Source: Thermoproteota archaeon
GTDB lineage: Archaea; Asgardarchaeota; Jordiarchaeia; Jordiarchaeales; Freyrarchaeaceae
NCBI GenBank assembly: GCA_029258835.1
Contig: JAPDJY010000053.1
Span: forward strand, 14,006-78,005
Length of the DNA: 64,000 nucleotides
Direction: 5' to 3'
Shown: positions 10,503-20,713 of the stretch, one piece after another
How the letters are laid out: every line of letters begins with the position of its first letter
How positions within the stretch are numbered: the first letter of the stretch is position 1
The notes under the pieces: model-generated
Seen by the model: the letters and a program-made list of their open reading frames with translations, nothing else
The model's database searches: none
What the model was told of the DNA's origin: nothing
Position numbers and translations under genes: made by a program

Positions 10503-10629
10503 GGGCAAGACACCATCAAACACACTTTCAGCAAGCCACCGCCCTCCCCAACCCGAAGCACCACCTTCTCTTTCCCACAGTGGGAAAAATTAATTAAAAA
10601 GAAATGTCCCACAAAAAGCAGGTGGAAGC

Positions 10630-10845
10630 ATGCTGGTTACACCTATAGATGGAAAAGGGAGAATAAGCCTTCCAAAAAAGTTCAGAGAAAAATGTGGTAG
10701 AAAAGTCATAATAAAGGAAGCAAACGGATACCTAGAAGTTCACCCCCTCCCAAACTACCGTGAATCCAAGGGAAAGTACCCCCTAAAGAAGAGCATCGAG
10801 GAAGTAGAAGAGGACGAGGAGAAGCTCCTACTGGAAAGAGGCTGA
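10630..10845 (+). CDS. AbrB/MazE-type antitoxin
   Basis: IDGKGRISLPKKFRE swapped-hairpin motif, directly upstream of a PIN gene. Confidence 0.85.
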   Translation: MLVTPIDGKGRISLPKKFREKCGRKVIIKEANGYLEVHPLPNYRESKGKYPLKKSIEEVEEDEEKLLLERG

Positions 10846-10850
10846 AAAAC

Positions 10851-11294
10851 GTGAAGATCACCGCAGACACCGACCTCTTCATATCCCACTTCGCAGGGGA
10901 CGAGCACGCCGACTACGCAGATAAAATACTAGAAGAAGCGGAGAGAGGAAAACTGAAAATTTACACTTCATCCATGATGATCGACGACCTTATAACAGCC
11001 TACAGATCTCAAGGATACACGGTCAAGCAGGTTGTAAGCATACTCCAAGACCTCCAAACCCTAACCTTTGAAATCCTCCCATTACCAGTACATGTAGCAA
11101 TAGAAGCCATGAAAATCTACAGCGAACATAAAGGATCAAGAAAGCTCCACTACTTCGACGCCTTCATCGTAGCGACAGCAAAACTCCAAGTCAAAGCACC
11201 ACTAGTAACAACAGACAGGTACATACTGGAAAATCAAGAGAAACTCCAGGTCAAAGCGGTGAAAATAGAAGACTACGCAAAAACACTCAGGTAA
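10851..11294 (+). CDS. PIN-domain (VapC-like) toxin
   Basis: DTDLFI ... FDAFIVATA ... LVTTD PIN motifs. Confidence 0.85.
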   Translation: MKITADTDLFISHFAGDEHADYADKILEEAERGKLKIYTSSMMIDDLITAYRSQGYTVKQVVSILQDLQTLTFEILPLPVHVAIEAMKIYSEHKGSRKLHYFDAFIVATAKLQVKAPLVTTDRYILENQEKLQVKAVKIEDYAKTLR

Positions 11295-11416
11295 AAGTGA
11301 GGCACGGAGCCTTCCACGAAGAAAGCAAACACACCCCAACCAAAAGAAGAAAAAGAAATCCTCAAAAATATAAAAAACTGAAAGATAATGAGAGGAAGGC
11401 AATAAAAAGGAAGGTT

Positions 11417-12931
11417 TTATGGCATTGACAGCCTACCTGGGTGCATGATGAAGTTCGGGTCAATAACCTCTCTAAACCGCCTTAAGAGGTCATAGTATGC
11501 CTTAGCCCTAGCAAACGTTAGCGGGGCATGCACGTACGGGTCAGGCCTATAGTTCAGCCACCCTTTATCGAGGAATATCTCCGTAGTGACGCGGTTCACC
11601 TCCTGCACACGACGCACATCCTCAGGATCAGTATAATCGAAGCATACGATAGGCATACAAATTGCCTGGCGGCAGTGGTCAATGCTGGCTATCCACATAA
11701 CCGGAGGGAAACCATACTCCTCCAGCTTCTGATTGTAAATCTCCGCGAATTCCGCACAGTTCTTCCATGGGGTATACCAGGTAATGAACAGGAATCCGGC
11801 GTTCCATAGCGAGTATGGGATGGCGATCTTGTTTGGTTTGCGGAGCCTGCTTTGGATTTGCTTGGGGTGTAGCTTCCACTCCTTTATTTCGTGGCCTGTT
11901 TTCGCGTTGTATTCTTTGGCTAGTTCATGTATCTTGTTAACTGTGAAGTCGAGTTCTTCTTTGCTGTGGCACCAGATCTCGAAGTTCATCCACCATCGGG
12001 GGATGCCGAGTTTCTTGTAGAACTCGTAGTCTGTTGGGACTTTCTCCTTAGGCCATCGGGTCATGACAAGGGGCCAGTTTCCTCCCTGCACCATTACGAG
12101 GTGGTCTGCTATGCCTAGCTCGTACTTTGACACTTCTAGGGTGAAGTCTTGCATGTCGTATGGGTTGTCCATTCCATATGCAATTATTGTCTTGTGGTGT
12201 GGGTGGGGGACTATTTTTATTGCGAGCTTGGTGATGACGCCCATTGTGCCTTGGGCTCCTAGGAAGAGGCCGTCGAAGTTTGGTCCTAACCCCCACCTGT
12301 AGAATGGCTTTGCTCCGGGTAGAGACCAGCTTCCGGTTCTGACTATTTCGCCTGTTGGGAGTACGATTTCCATGCCTAGTACCATGTCTGCCTGTGGGCC
12401 ATACCTTGCTGTGACCATGCTGAATCCTCTTTCGAGGGCGTCGCCGACCACGGTTGCGGCTGGCGGTGCACCGTCGGGAACCGGGGGAGCCCAGTCTGGG
12501 TAGTATTCTTCAGGGCAACTGAGGGATATCCTCTATGTTGCCTTTCTGAAGTATGCCCAGACTTTGCCGCTTCTTACCCCCGGCTCCAGTACGGCGTATC
12601 TTGCGTCGGTGTTGACTTCTATTATGCGGTCCATTCGTGATAGGTCTAGTAGGATTCCTCCTGGCTGTACTAGGGGGGTTGCGTATCCGCCGCTTAGTCC
12701 TCCTGCGCATGGGGTTACGGGTATGTGGTTTTCATTTGCTAGGATCAGAATTTTTCTCACTTCTTCGACGTATCTGGGTCTCACGACTACTTCTGGTACT
12801 GTTGCTTCAAGCCCCATTATCCCTCTTGAGAGGTAACTGTACCGCATCGCGATGTCTGACGAGACGAACTCTTTCCCTACTATGCTTTCCAGCATCTTTA
12901 CGATGTCAGGTGTAACTTCATTATAACTCAC
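11417..12931 (-). CDS. FAD-binding oxidoreductase (GlcD/D-lactate dehydrogenase-like), interrupted by a 36-nt BHB intron; 492 aa spliced
   Basis: ORF-track halves 12533-12931 and 11417-12451 are in one frame, separated by a TAG inside the insert; PEVVVRP, GGILLDLSRM, GAQGTMGVITKL, DPNFIMHPG motifs. Confidence 0.88.
12508..12543 (-). other. BHB-type intron in mRNA (36 nt)
   Basis: central helix UCAG/CUGA, bulges AA^A and AG^A, inner stems GGCAAC/GUUGCC and GAGG/CCUC, distal exon helix AGUCUGGG/CCCAGACU; splicing gives ..YFRKYYPDW.. Confidence 0.8.
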
Positions 12932-13256
12932 AGGCTACTCCTCCAGGGGTTTTTCCATGCTGGTGAAATTTCAATTGAACATTTTACCTTCTATATTTAA
13001 AGTTGTTGTTTTGATTTCCCGCTTCCCGAATCTTCATGTGGATGCTTAATTAACTCGGAGATGGAGCCATTAAAGTTTCGACTTTAAAAATCGTCTAAGG
13101 ATGTATGAGGGTGTATTTTAAAAAAGATAAAAAATTTGGGGGTCTGAGTCCGGTTATCGCTAGCTTTCCATTTAACTATTTATTTTAGCCTTTTAAAAGT
13201 TGTGAAGGGTTCTGCTTGTTTTAGGGGGGGTTGCGGTTTGTTTTGCGTGTTGGGGG

Positions 13257-14684
13257 TTAGTCGCTTATGCCTGCGAGGCGTTTTACTATCTGCTTTTTCT
13301 CTTCAACATCGTAGGTTGCCATTATTGCTATTTCCTCCATTACAGGGGATCCTCCTCCGTGGACGTCTGCGACCGCCATTACTCCCCCAAGGGCTGAGCA
13401 GAGCATATCCGAGAGCAGTCTGAAGCACCTGTGGATGTTTTCCGGCGGGACTTCGGCTCTTCTAGATATGTACTTTTCCAGCAGGGGGCCTGTTTCAGGG
13501 TTTAGGAAGTCTTCCTCGTATGGTAGGGTTGCTGGAAGGCCTCCTGATAGGTCTGTTAGGATTTCTATGGCTGCGTGTGCATTTAGACCAGCGTGCCTTC
13601 TGCCAACGTTAGCGTATACGACGTTTGGCACGCAGGTTCCCGACCCGTACGTTTGCGACTTTACCGCCGAGGCGATTCCCGCCGCGTAGACTAGTTCGCT
13701 TAAGCTGACTAATTGGGCAAGCTTCGACCTCACGTGAGGCTTGTTCTCCACACCGTTGTAGTCCGACACTAAGGCGGCTGCCCCCATTATTATGTCGAAC
13801 AGTGCAGGCTTACAGCCTGTGTAGCTGTGCCTGTGGAAAAGGGCGAAAAGGTGTGCTAGCAACCCTGCAAACTGCCATTCTCCGCACAGGAAGACACGTT
13901 CCCAGGGGACGAAGACGTCGTCGAATACCACAAACGAGTCGGCTGCTCCAACTTCAGCCAGGGGGGCCTTAAACTTTTTCCTCGGTCTAAACGACGTTGC
14001 ACGGGTGACTAGTTTTACGCCTTCAGTATCCGCGGGTATCGCGAATGAGACTGACCAGTCTCCATCATCCTTAGTCATCATCCTCGTGGGTAATACTATG
14101 AGCTCGTCGGCGTAGGCGGCCATGGTTATGTGGTTCTTCGCCCCCCGAACTATTATTCCGTCATCTGTCTTCTTTACGATCCGCACGTAAAGGTCCGGGT
14201 CTTTCTGCTGGTGGGGGCGTAGGCTTCGGTCACCCTTAACGTCCGTTTGGGCTCCTGCAGCCACAAGGTCGTTTTTCTGGAAGTATTCAAGGTACTTAAG
14301 GAACCTTTTATGGTACTCTGTTCCTAAGGCTTGGTCGACTTCATATGTTATTACCGAGAGGGCGTTTATTGCGTCACATCCCATGCACCTCTGTATGCAC
14401 CCACCGGTCAAGTGGCAAAGCTTCCTTATCATTTCCTGCTTTTTAAGGAGGTCCTCCGGGCTACGATTTATGTGTGTAAACCTGTTTATTTTCTCCCCCG
14501 TGAGATGTGAGGTTGCTACGAGCAGGTCTTTGAATTCGGGGTCGTCAACCAGCTCGAACGTTTTCGATATAACTCTTATCCCGCCTTGGAGGCGGGGGTC
14601 ATCACGCTTAACTTTTTCTCCTCCAATGTAAACGTTCGGCTTCATTTTGTACAAGCTTTCTTGATATTCTTCAGGGGTACGCAT
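13257..14684 (-). CDS. 4-hydroxybutyryl-CoA dehydratase / HpaB-family protein
   Basis: CIQRCMGCD, AQTDVKGDRS, HRHSYTGCK, HGGGSP motifs. Confidence 0.85.
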   Translation of the reverse strand: MRTPEEYQESLYKMKPNVYIGGEKVKRDDPRLQGGIRVISKTFELVDDPEFKDLLVATSHLTGEKINRFTHINRSPEDLLKKQEMIRKLCHLTGGCIQRCMGCDAINALSVITYEVDQALGTEYHKRFLKYLEYFQKNDLVAAGAQTDVKGDRSLRPHQQKDPDLYVRIVKKTDDGIIVRGAKNHITMAAYADELIVLPTRMMTKDDGDWSVSFAIPADTEGVKLVTRATSFRPRKKFKAPLAEVGAADSFVVFDDVFVPWERVFLCGEWQFAGLLAHLFALFHRHSYTGCKPALFDIIMGAAALVSDYNGVENKPHVRSKLAQLVSLSELVYAAGIASAVKSQTYGSGTCVPNVVYANVGRRHAGLNAHAAIEILTDLSGGLPATLPYEEDFLNPETGPLLEKYISRRAEVPPENIHRCFRLLSDMLCSALGGVMAVADVHGGGSPVMEEIAIMATYDVEEKKQIVKRLAGISD

Positions 14685-14906
14685 TTCGAAGCCTCCTCTA
14701 CCTCCCTGAGAATATGGCATATGACTATACTTAAAGGTTTTTCAGGCTTCAGCCAGAATGTAGCCTTTTGAGTTGAAGGGTGTAGAATAATGGTGTTTTA
14801 ATGGAGAAGCTAGTGGGCAAAAGAAGGAGGAGTTATGCTTTTTTCCTGGAGAGAGGAGGAGGCAATGTAGAATTGCAGATTTTTAGTCTATTTGGATGTA
14901 AGCGGA

Positions 14907-15236
14907 TTAAAGTATTCCGATCCAGTACTCTTCTCCGCCTTCTACGCTGAAAACGGTTGAAATCAGCCTGTTTTCCTCCTTTTTGCTTTCCAAGTACATT
15001 GACTTTATCCTTATAATGTACGTTTCACCGCACTTATTGCACTTGACGGTGTAGTCCAAGGTTTCCAGTATGTTTTCGCCTGAAACCTCGTCGCTGCTTT
15101 TAAAATCTATTACATCTACTTCGTCCTTGCTTCCACATTTGAGGCATTCCTTTATCGTAATTGGCTCCATACCCCTTCTTCCTAAAGGGACGTAAACCTT
15201 CGACGGCATGTTCTTTAGGGGTTTATCGTGCGACAT
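14907..15236 (-). CDS. hypothetical Zn-ribbon protein
   Basis: two CxxC pairs. Confidence 0.65.
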   Translation of the reverse strand: MSHDKPLKNMPSKVYVPLGRRGMEPITIKECLKCGSKDEVDVIDFKSSDEVSGENILETLDYTVKCNKCGETYIIRIKSMYLESKKEENRLISTVFSVEGGEEYWIGIL

Positions 15237-15425
15237 CGCAACACCAACCTTTAAGGGGTCCCAATTGTTGATTGGGGAAGCACATAAATAAATCTTTACT
15301 TTACTTCACGTCAGCCCCTTTATTAGCGCGTGATGGGGGAATGAGGGAGATTAACTAATTGGATAATTTTTATTACCGTTAATGCTTTAGAATTAGGTTG
15401 TCTAGGAGTTCGAGAGGGGGCGGCT

Positions 15426-17936
15426 TTGCAGGCTGTCATAATGGCTGGAGGTAAGGGAACACGCCTTAGGCCTTTAACGGTTAACGTTCCCAAGCCGATA
15501 GTGCCTATAGTTGACGCTCCCATGCTGGAGCACACGATCAAGCTTCTTAAAAAGCATAATGTGAGGGACATCCTCGTCACCGTAAGCTACCTTGGAGACA
15601 AGATAAGAAGGTTTTTTGGGGATGGGTCAAGGTACGGTGTCAGGATCAAGTATTCTCATGAGGAGGAACCGCTGGGCACCGCAGGGGGGGTAAAACTTCT
15701 AGAGGAACACATTGACGACACTTTCATCGTTCTGAGCGGGGACGTTTTAACCGACATGAACATAACTAGGCTGCTTGAAAGGCATAGGGAGAACGATGCC
15801 ATGGTTACCATAGCGTTGACGAGCGTGGATAACCCTGTTGCCTACGGCATAGTGGTAACGGACGAGAACGGGAGAATAAAAAGGTTTCTGGAAAAGCCCA
15901 GCTGGGGCGAGGTCTTCAGCGACATGGTCAACACGGGCACGTACATACTGGAGCCTGAAGTATTAGATTACATTCCAAGGAATAAGGAGTACGATTTCAG
16001 CAAGGACCTTTTCCCTCGACTCCTTAAAGAGGGAAAGCGACTCTTCGGCCACCTAGTAAGGGAGTACTGGATCGACATAGGCACCCCCCAGAAGTACATG
16101 CAAGCCCACTACGACATCCTCAGGGGTCAGGTTAACATAGAGATCCCCCACAGGCAAGTCAGGGAGGGAGTGTGGGTTGGGGAGGGAACGGAGCTTCCGG
16201 ACGGATGCGAAATCCACCCGCCAGTCGTCATAGGAAGGTTCTGCAGGGTAGATGAGGGAGCGGTGATAGATAGGTTCAGCGTTATAGGTGGAGGATGCTA
16301 CGTGGCCGGAGAGGCGCGGGTGGCAAGATCCATTGTATGGGGGAACACATCCATACATAAAGGGTCACGTCTGCAGTCGTGCATCGTGGGGGCTAGGTGC
16401 GAGGTGGGAGAGGGAGCGCAGATTCTAGACGGTGCTGTTGTCGGGGACGACTGCATCTTTGGTCCGGGAGCGAGGGTGATGCCTAACGTTTACATTTGGC
16501 CAAATAAGGTTGTGGAGAAGAACGCAGTAGTTAACATGAACCTGAAGTGGGGCGTGAGGTGGAAGAAGAGCCTTTTCACCGAGTATGGCATTTCAGGCCT
16601 CGTGAACATAGAGATTACACCCGAGTTCGCCACTAAGCTTGGAGCAGCATTCGCAACGTACCTAGGGGAAGGAGCAAACGTCATAGTAGGTAGGGATACA
16701 CATCTCGCATCACGCATGGTGAAGAGGGCGATAGTAGCAGGCTTGCAGTCCGCAGGGGTTAACGTTTACAACGTGAGAGTTCAGCCGGTTTCCATAATAG
16801 AGGCGTCCATAACGTCTTACGGGGCTGACGGGGGAGTCTTCATTTCAATGTCTCAGAAGGAGGCTAACACGGTTTGCATTAGACTGTTCGATTCCGATGG
16901 GATCGACCTTGACAAGGCGCACCAGAAGAAGGTTGAGGACATATTCTTCAAGGAGGCGTTGAAGAGGATTGACCCGGGAAAGGTAGGAGACATACTTTAC
17001 CCGCAGGAAGCTATCGAGTCCTACTTTGAAAGGATAATACGGCATACTAATGAGGACATTTTAAAGGGAAGGAGGATGACGGTGGTGCTCGACTGCGGGG
17101 ACGGATGTGCGTCTCTCACCGCTCCATTCTTTATGAGGGAGCTAGGATGCGACGTCGTAACGTTAAACGCTAACGTGGGAGCAGCCGTGCCGAAGAGGGA
17201 GCACAGGCCCATCACAGGCGCCGTCGAAAACCTAGCTAAAACCGTTAAGGCATTAGATGCAGACTTAGGCGTAGTTTTCGACGAGGACGCGGACCAGGTC
17301 TTATTTATCGACGATAAAGGTGAGCTGCTGGGTGGAGACATCGCCACAGCATTACTGGCTGTAAGCCAACTTGAACAGAAGGGCAGAGGTAAGGTCGTCG
17401 TCCCGGTAACCACGAGCCACGCAATAGACGAGGTGGTGAAGGAGTATGGGGGGGAAACTGTTAGAGTTAAACTCGGCTTCCGGCCAATCATAGACACCAT
17501 CAGAAAGGTTAAGGGAGTTTTTGGCGGGGACGAAAGTGGCGGATACATTTTCCCCGAGGTATACCCCTTCAGGGATGGGCTGGTTGGGGCGGTTAAGCTT
17601 GCAGAGTTTATGGCGACGCGTGATGAGCCACTGTCAGAGCTGCGAAGGGAGGTTCCAGAATTTTACATGCTCAAACGCTCGGTGGAGTGTCCCCTAGAGC
17701 ATAGAGGGGCATTAATGAGAAGCCTACTAGAGGGAACCCAGGGGCAAGTGTTTGACACTATAGATGGAATAAAGATTTACTTCGACTACGGATGGGTCCT
17801 CATAAGGCCCTCGTCCCATGACGCAACCCTAGACATTTTTTCAGAGGCGAAGACGCGTGAGCAAGCGAAGGAGCTACTTAACAGGCACGTGAGGGAAATA
17901 GAAAGGATACTATATGAGATCAGAAGTAGCATTTAG
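15426..17936 (+). CDS. NDP-sugar pyrophosphorylase (mannose-1-P guanylyltransferase-like) fused to a phosphomannomutase-like domain
   Basis: MAGGKGTRLRPLT, hexapeptide repeats, PMM domains (GGDESGG, DGIKI, IRPS). Confidence 0.9.
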   Translation: MQAVIMAGGKGTRLRPLTVNVPKPIVPIVDAPMLEHTIKLLKKHNVRDILVTVSYLGDKIRRFFGDGSRYGVRIKYSHEEEPLGTAGGVKLLEEHIDDTFIVLSGDVLTDMNITRLLERHRENDAMVTIALTSVDNPVAYGIVVTDENGRIKRFLEKPSWGEVFSDMVNTGTYILEPEVLDYIPRNKEYDFSKDLFPRLLKEGKRLFGHLVREYWIDIGTPQKYMQAHYDILRGQVNIEIPHRQVREGVWVGEGTELPDGCEIHPPVVIGRFCRVDEGAVIDRFSVIGGGCYVAGEARVARSIVWGNTSIHKGSRLQSCIVGARCEVGEGAQILDGAVVGDDCIFGPGARVMPNVYIWPNKVVEKNAVVNMNLKWGVRWKKSLFTEYGISGLVNIEITPEFATKLGAAFATYLGEGANVIVGRDTHLASRMVKRAIVAGLQSAGVNVYNVRVQPVSIIEASITSYGADGGVFISMSQKEANTVCIRLFDSDGIDLDKAHQKKVEDIFFKEALKRIDPGKVGDILYPQEAIESYFERIIRHTNEDILKGRRMTVVLDCGDGCASLTAPFFMRELGCDVVTLNANVGAAVPKREHRPITGAVENLAKTVKALDADLGVVFDEDADQVLFIDDKGELLGGDIATALLAVSQLEQKGRGKVVVPVTTSHAIDEVVKEYGGETVRVKLGFRPIIDTIRKVKGVFGGDESGGYIFPEVYPFRDGLVGAVKLAEFMATRDEPLSELRREVPEFYMLKRSVECPLEHRGALMRSLLEGTQGQVFDTIDGIKIYFDYGWVLIRPSSHDATLDIFSEAKTREQAKELLNRHVREIERILYEIRSSI

Positions 17937-17937
17937 A

Positions 17938-18483
17938 CTATTTTTTGAGCGGGAGCGTGTTTGCGAGAGATTCAAGCAGCATGATCGCTGAAAGCTCGAA
18001 GAGTGCTCCTGGAGGCTCCAGCTCCCCGTAAACCGTACGTTCGATGAAGCTTCTCCCAGTCCTCTCTTCTCTTCCCTCAACCTTTAAAGTGAAGTCTGCC
18101 AAACTGCCAATAGTTGAGTTTGGATAGGAAGTTACGGCGACTATCCTACAGCCTATTTCCTTAGCAGTTCTAACGGCGGAAACAACTTCGTAGGTTTCTC
18201 CTGACCCGGAGATCGCTATGAGAAGGTCATCTGGCTCGACACGGGGAACAAGGTCGACCACGTCGAGGCCTACAAAGTGAACCTTATAGCCTTTGTTTAA
18301 AAGCCTGATCGCAAGAATTTTCCCCACGAACTCGGATCTCCCCCTTCCAACGATAAAAATTCTGGACGCTTTAGCGATTTCATCACCCATTCTCACTAAG
18401 GCTTCATAGTTCACCTTCTCCAAGTTCTCCCGGATTCGTTCCATCATTTCTTCTACGTTCCCTTTAAGTTGCTGCTCAGACAA
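17938..18483 (-). CDS. hxlB: 6-phospho-3-hexuloisomerase (SIS domain)
   Basis: IVGRGRSE, ISGSGET, GALFELS motifs; TTG start inferred. Confidence 0.75.
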   Translation of the reverse strand: MSEQQLKGNVEEMMERIRENLEKVNYEALVRMGDEIAKASRIFIVGRGRSEFVGKILAIRLLNKGYKVHFVGLDVVDLVPRVEPDDLLIAISGSGETYEVVSAVRTAKEIGCRIVAVTSYPNSTIGSLADFTLKVEGREERTGRSFIERTVYGELEPPGALFELSAIMLLESLANTLPLKK

Positions 18484-18664
18484 CAAAAACGACACCCCAC
18501 TAAATCTCCCTTTAAACCTGAGAAGAATATAACTCTTACCGTCACCATGATGAGGGAAGGGCTGTATTTGAAGTGTTAACATGATTGTGAAACTAAGGCG
18601 GACGCTAAGTTTATTTTCCAGATAGGATAGAAGTTAGGGTTGAAAAGTTTGTTGAGGGTAAGGG

Positions 18665-18955
18665 ATGAAGCTGGACGTGAGAAGCCTCTGCTCAAGACTT
18701 CCAACTTACTTCTCAAGATCTTATACTGAACATGTTTTCTCGGAGGAAATGAGGCTTATCAGGCCATTAGTTGAAGTTGAAGGTGCAGAGGAGGAGGGTG
18801 CAAGGGACGTGGTGGAAAGTTTAAGGGAGGAGTTTTACAGGTACATTGAACAGGTTATAGAGGGAGAGGGAGACGCGGATAGGGTTAAAGAGACATTAAT
18901 GAGGTATACTAACTGGGCTGTCTCTCAGCTCGGTAAGGTAGGAGTAGAAAAGTAA
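18665..18955 (+). CDS. hypothetical protein
   Basis: 96-aa ORF abutting the downstream glycosyltransferase. Confidence 0.6.
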   Translation: MKLDVRSLCSRLPTYFSRSYTEHVFSEEMRLIRPLVEVEGAEEEGARDVVESLREEFYRYIEQVIEGEGDADRVKETLMRYTNWAVSQLGKVGVEK

Positions 18956-18956
18956 G

Positions 18957-20147
18957 ATGGAAGTCAACGTTTGTATGCTGCTTTGGGAGTATCCCCCTCT
19001 GGTCCAAGGGGGGCTTGGAGTTCACGGGTATGAGAATTCTAAGGCGCTGGCAAAGCTTGGATGCAAAGTTAGTGTTATAACGAGGTTTGCGTTCTCCCAG
19101 CCAGTGTTCCATAAGGATGGAAACGTCAGGGTCTATAGGGTTCCGGAAAGAAAGCTTGTAATGACCCTTCCATTTAACGATTTCCGGGTTTTCCTTTCTG
19201 CAAACCTAGCATTTAACATAGCCGCAACAGCTAAGTTCTTTAAGCTCGACGGGGAGGAGAACTTTAGCATATGCCATGTTCACGATTGGCTCTCGGCTAT
19301 AGCTGGACTTACCATTAAAGAATCGCTGGGAAAGCCTATGGTCTTTACCGTTCACAGTACCGAGAGCGTCCGGTCGGGCGATAGGGGGATAGAGCCGATA
19401 AGAGAGCTGGAGAAGAAATGTGCCGAAAGAGCAGACGTAGTAATAGCCGTCAGCAACTACATAAAACAGGAAGTTTTAAGGATGGGTATTAGGGAGCGAA
19501 AGGTGAGAGTTGTCCACAACGGAGTAGATGTTAAAATGTTTAGGCCGGCTTCGAAAAAGTCGCGTAGAAGGGTGAGAGAAAAATACGGGTTAGGGGATGG
19601 CCCTGTAGTGCTCTTCCTAGGCAGGCTTGACCCATCCAAAGGATTAGATTACCTCCTTAGGGCTCTTCCAGTAGTTCTAGAAGAAGAACCTGAGGTTAAA
19701 GTGGTTATAGGTGGTCAGGGATGGCTTGAACCCGTCTTGGTTTCCTTAGCCAAACTTTTAGGGGTGGAAGACCATGTTGTCTTCACAGGCTACGTGCCGT
19801 CTGAAGAGCTTCCAAGCCTTTACTCTGCTGCAGACGTATTCGTCTCCCCCTCACTCTGCGAGCCGTTCGGATTAACCCTCTTAGAGGCGATGGCGTGTGG
19901 AACGCCTGTCGTTTCAACGTATGCTGGCGGTATACCTGAATTTGTTAAACCAATGGAGAACGGGATACTCGTAGATTCGCACAGCCCAGACCAGCTGGCC
20001 TACGCCATAACCCTGCTTCTTCAAGACGAAGAATTAAGAAGGAAAATAGCTGAAAATGGAAGAAGACATGTTGAAAAGGAGTTCACGTGGGAGAGGACGG
20101 CGGAAAAAACGCTTAAAATCTACATGGAAGCTTTAGGGAAAGCGTAG
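18957..20147 (+). CDS. glycosyltransferase family 4
   Basis: WEYPP..GGLG, HDW, EPFGLTLLEAMACG. Confidence 0.92.
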   Translation: MEVNVCMLLWEYPPLVQGGLGVHGYENSKALAKLGCKVSVITRFAFSQPVFHKDGNVRVYRVPERKLVMTLPFNDFRVFLSANLAFNIAATAKFFKLDGEENFSICHVHDWLSAIAGLTIKESLGKPMVFTVHSTESVRSGDRGIEPIRELEKKCAERADVVIAVSNYIKQEVLRMGIRERKVRVVHNGVDVKMFRPASKKSRRRVREKYGLGDGPVVLFLGRLDPSKGLDYLLRALPVVLEEEPEVKVVIGGQGWLEPVLVSLAKLLGVEDHVVFTGYVPSEELPSLYSAADVFVSPSLCEPFGLTLLEAMACGTPVVSTYAGGIPEFVKPMENGILVDSHSPDQLAYAITLLLQDEELRRKIAENGRRHVEKEFTWERTAEKTLKIYMEALGKA

Positions 20148-20152
20148 CGCGT

Positions 20153-20533
20153 TCACAGCCCACCATCCCTTCTCTCGTCACTCTCCAACATGTTTATCTT
20201 GCTGGTGAACTCTGACAGTAGTTTCCTGTAGACTTCCGGGTTAACCCTTCCTTCAAGATACATTTTATTAAGGTAGTTAACGAGTTCCTTGTAGACGCGG
20301 ACTTCGTCCAGGACGCCTCCCGGCCGGGGGTGACGGCTAAAACCATGTGAAGGCTGGTAGGGTTGCCATGGTGCAATCCACCTGAAGGGTTCTTCAGTTT
20401 TAGCTTTCCTCCAATGGGAGGGAGTATGCCGGACGCTGGTGGAATCCTCCGAGAAGATGCCTATGAGTAGAAGGATGAAGATCACCGGAACTATTAACAC
20501 TAATAGGGAGAGGATGAGCAGGGAGAAGAGCAA
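20153..20533 (-). CDS. hypothetical membrane-anchored protein
   Basis: N-terminal TM helix, short C-terminal helical (SHOCT-like) domain. Confidence 0.6.
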   Translation of the reverse strand: MLFSLLILSLLVLIVPVIFILLLIGIFSEDSTSVRHTPSHWRKAKTEEPFRWIAPWQPYQPSHGFSRHPRPGGVLDEVRVYKELVNYLNKMYLEGRVNPEVYRKLLSEFTSKINMLESDERRDGGL

Positions 20534-20713
20534 AGTCTATCACCCTTTAGGAGGTTCTTCCAATAAACAATGCCACAGGGAAGGTATAAAAGCGTTTCAT
20601 TTAAGTATGAGAAACGCTGCTAAGAAATTATGGACTCCACCGGATAGTTAATGTTAATATGGTAGTAGCATTTTTATTTCTGTAGGACAAGTACCGGGTG
20701 GAGAGAGGAAGTC

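Noticed and set aside
12533-12535. Pyrrolysine or stop-codon readthrough at the in-frame TAG in the GlcD-like gene
   Set aside because: The TAG lies inside a BHB-bounded 36-nt hairpin; the two other inserts shift frame and cannot be explained by readthrough; no pyl genes in the window.
16560-17936. Degenerate PMM motifs (ISMSQK, DEDADQ) as a novelty
   Set aside because: Divergent mutase motifs are common in this ~830-aa nucleotidyltransferase-PMM fusion family.
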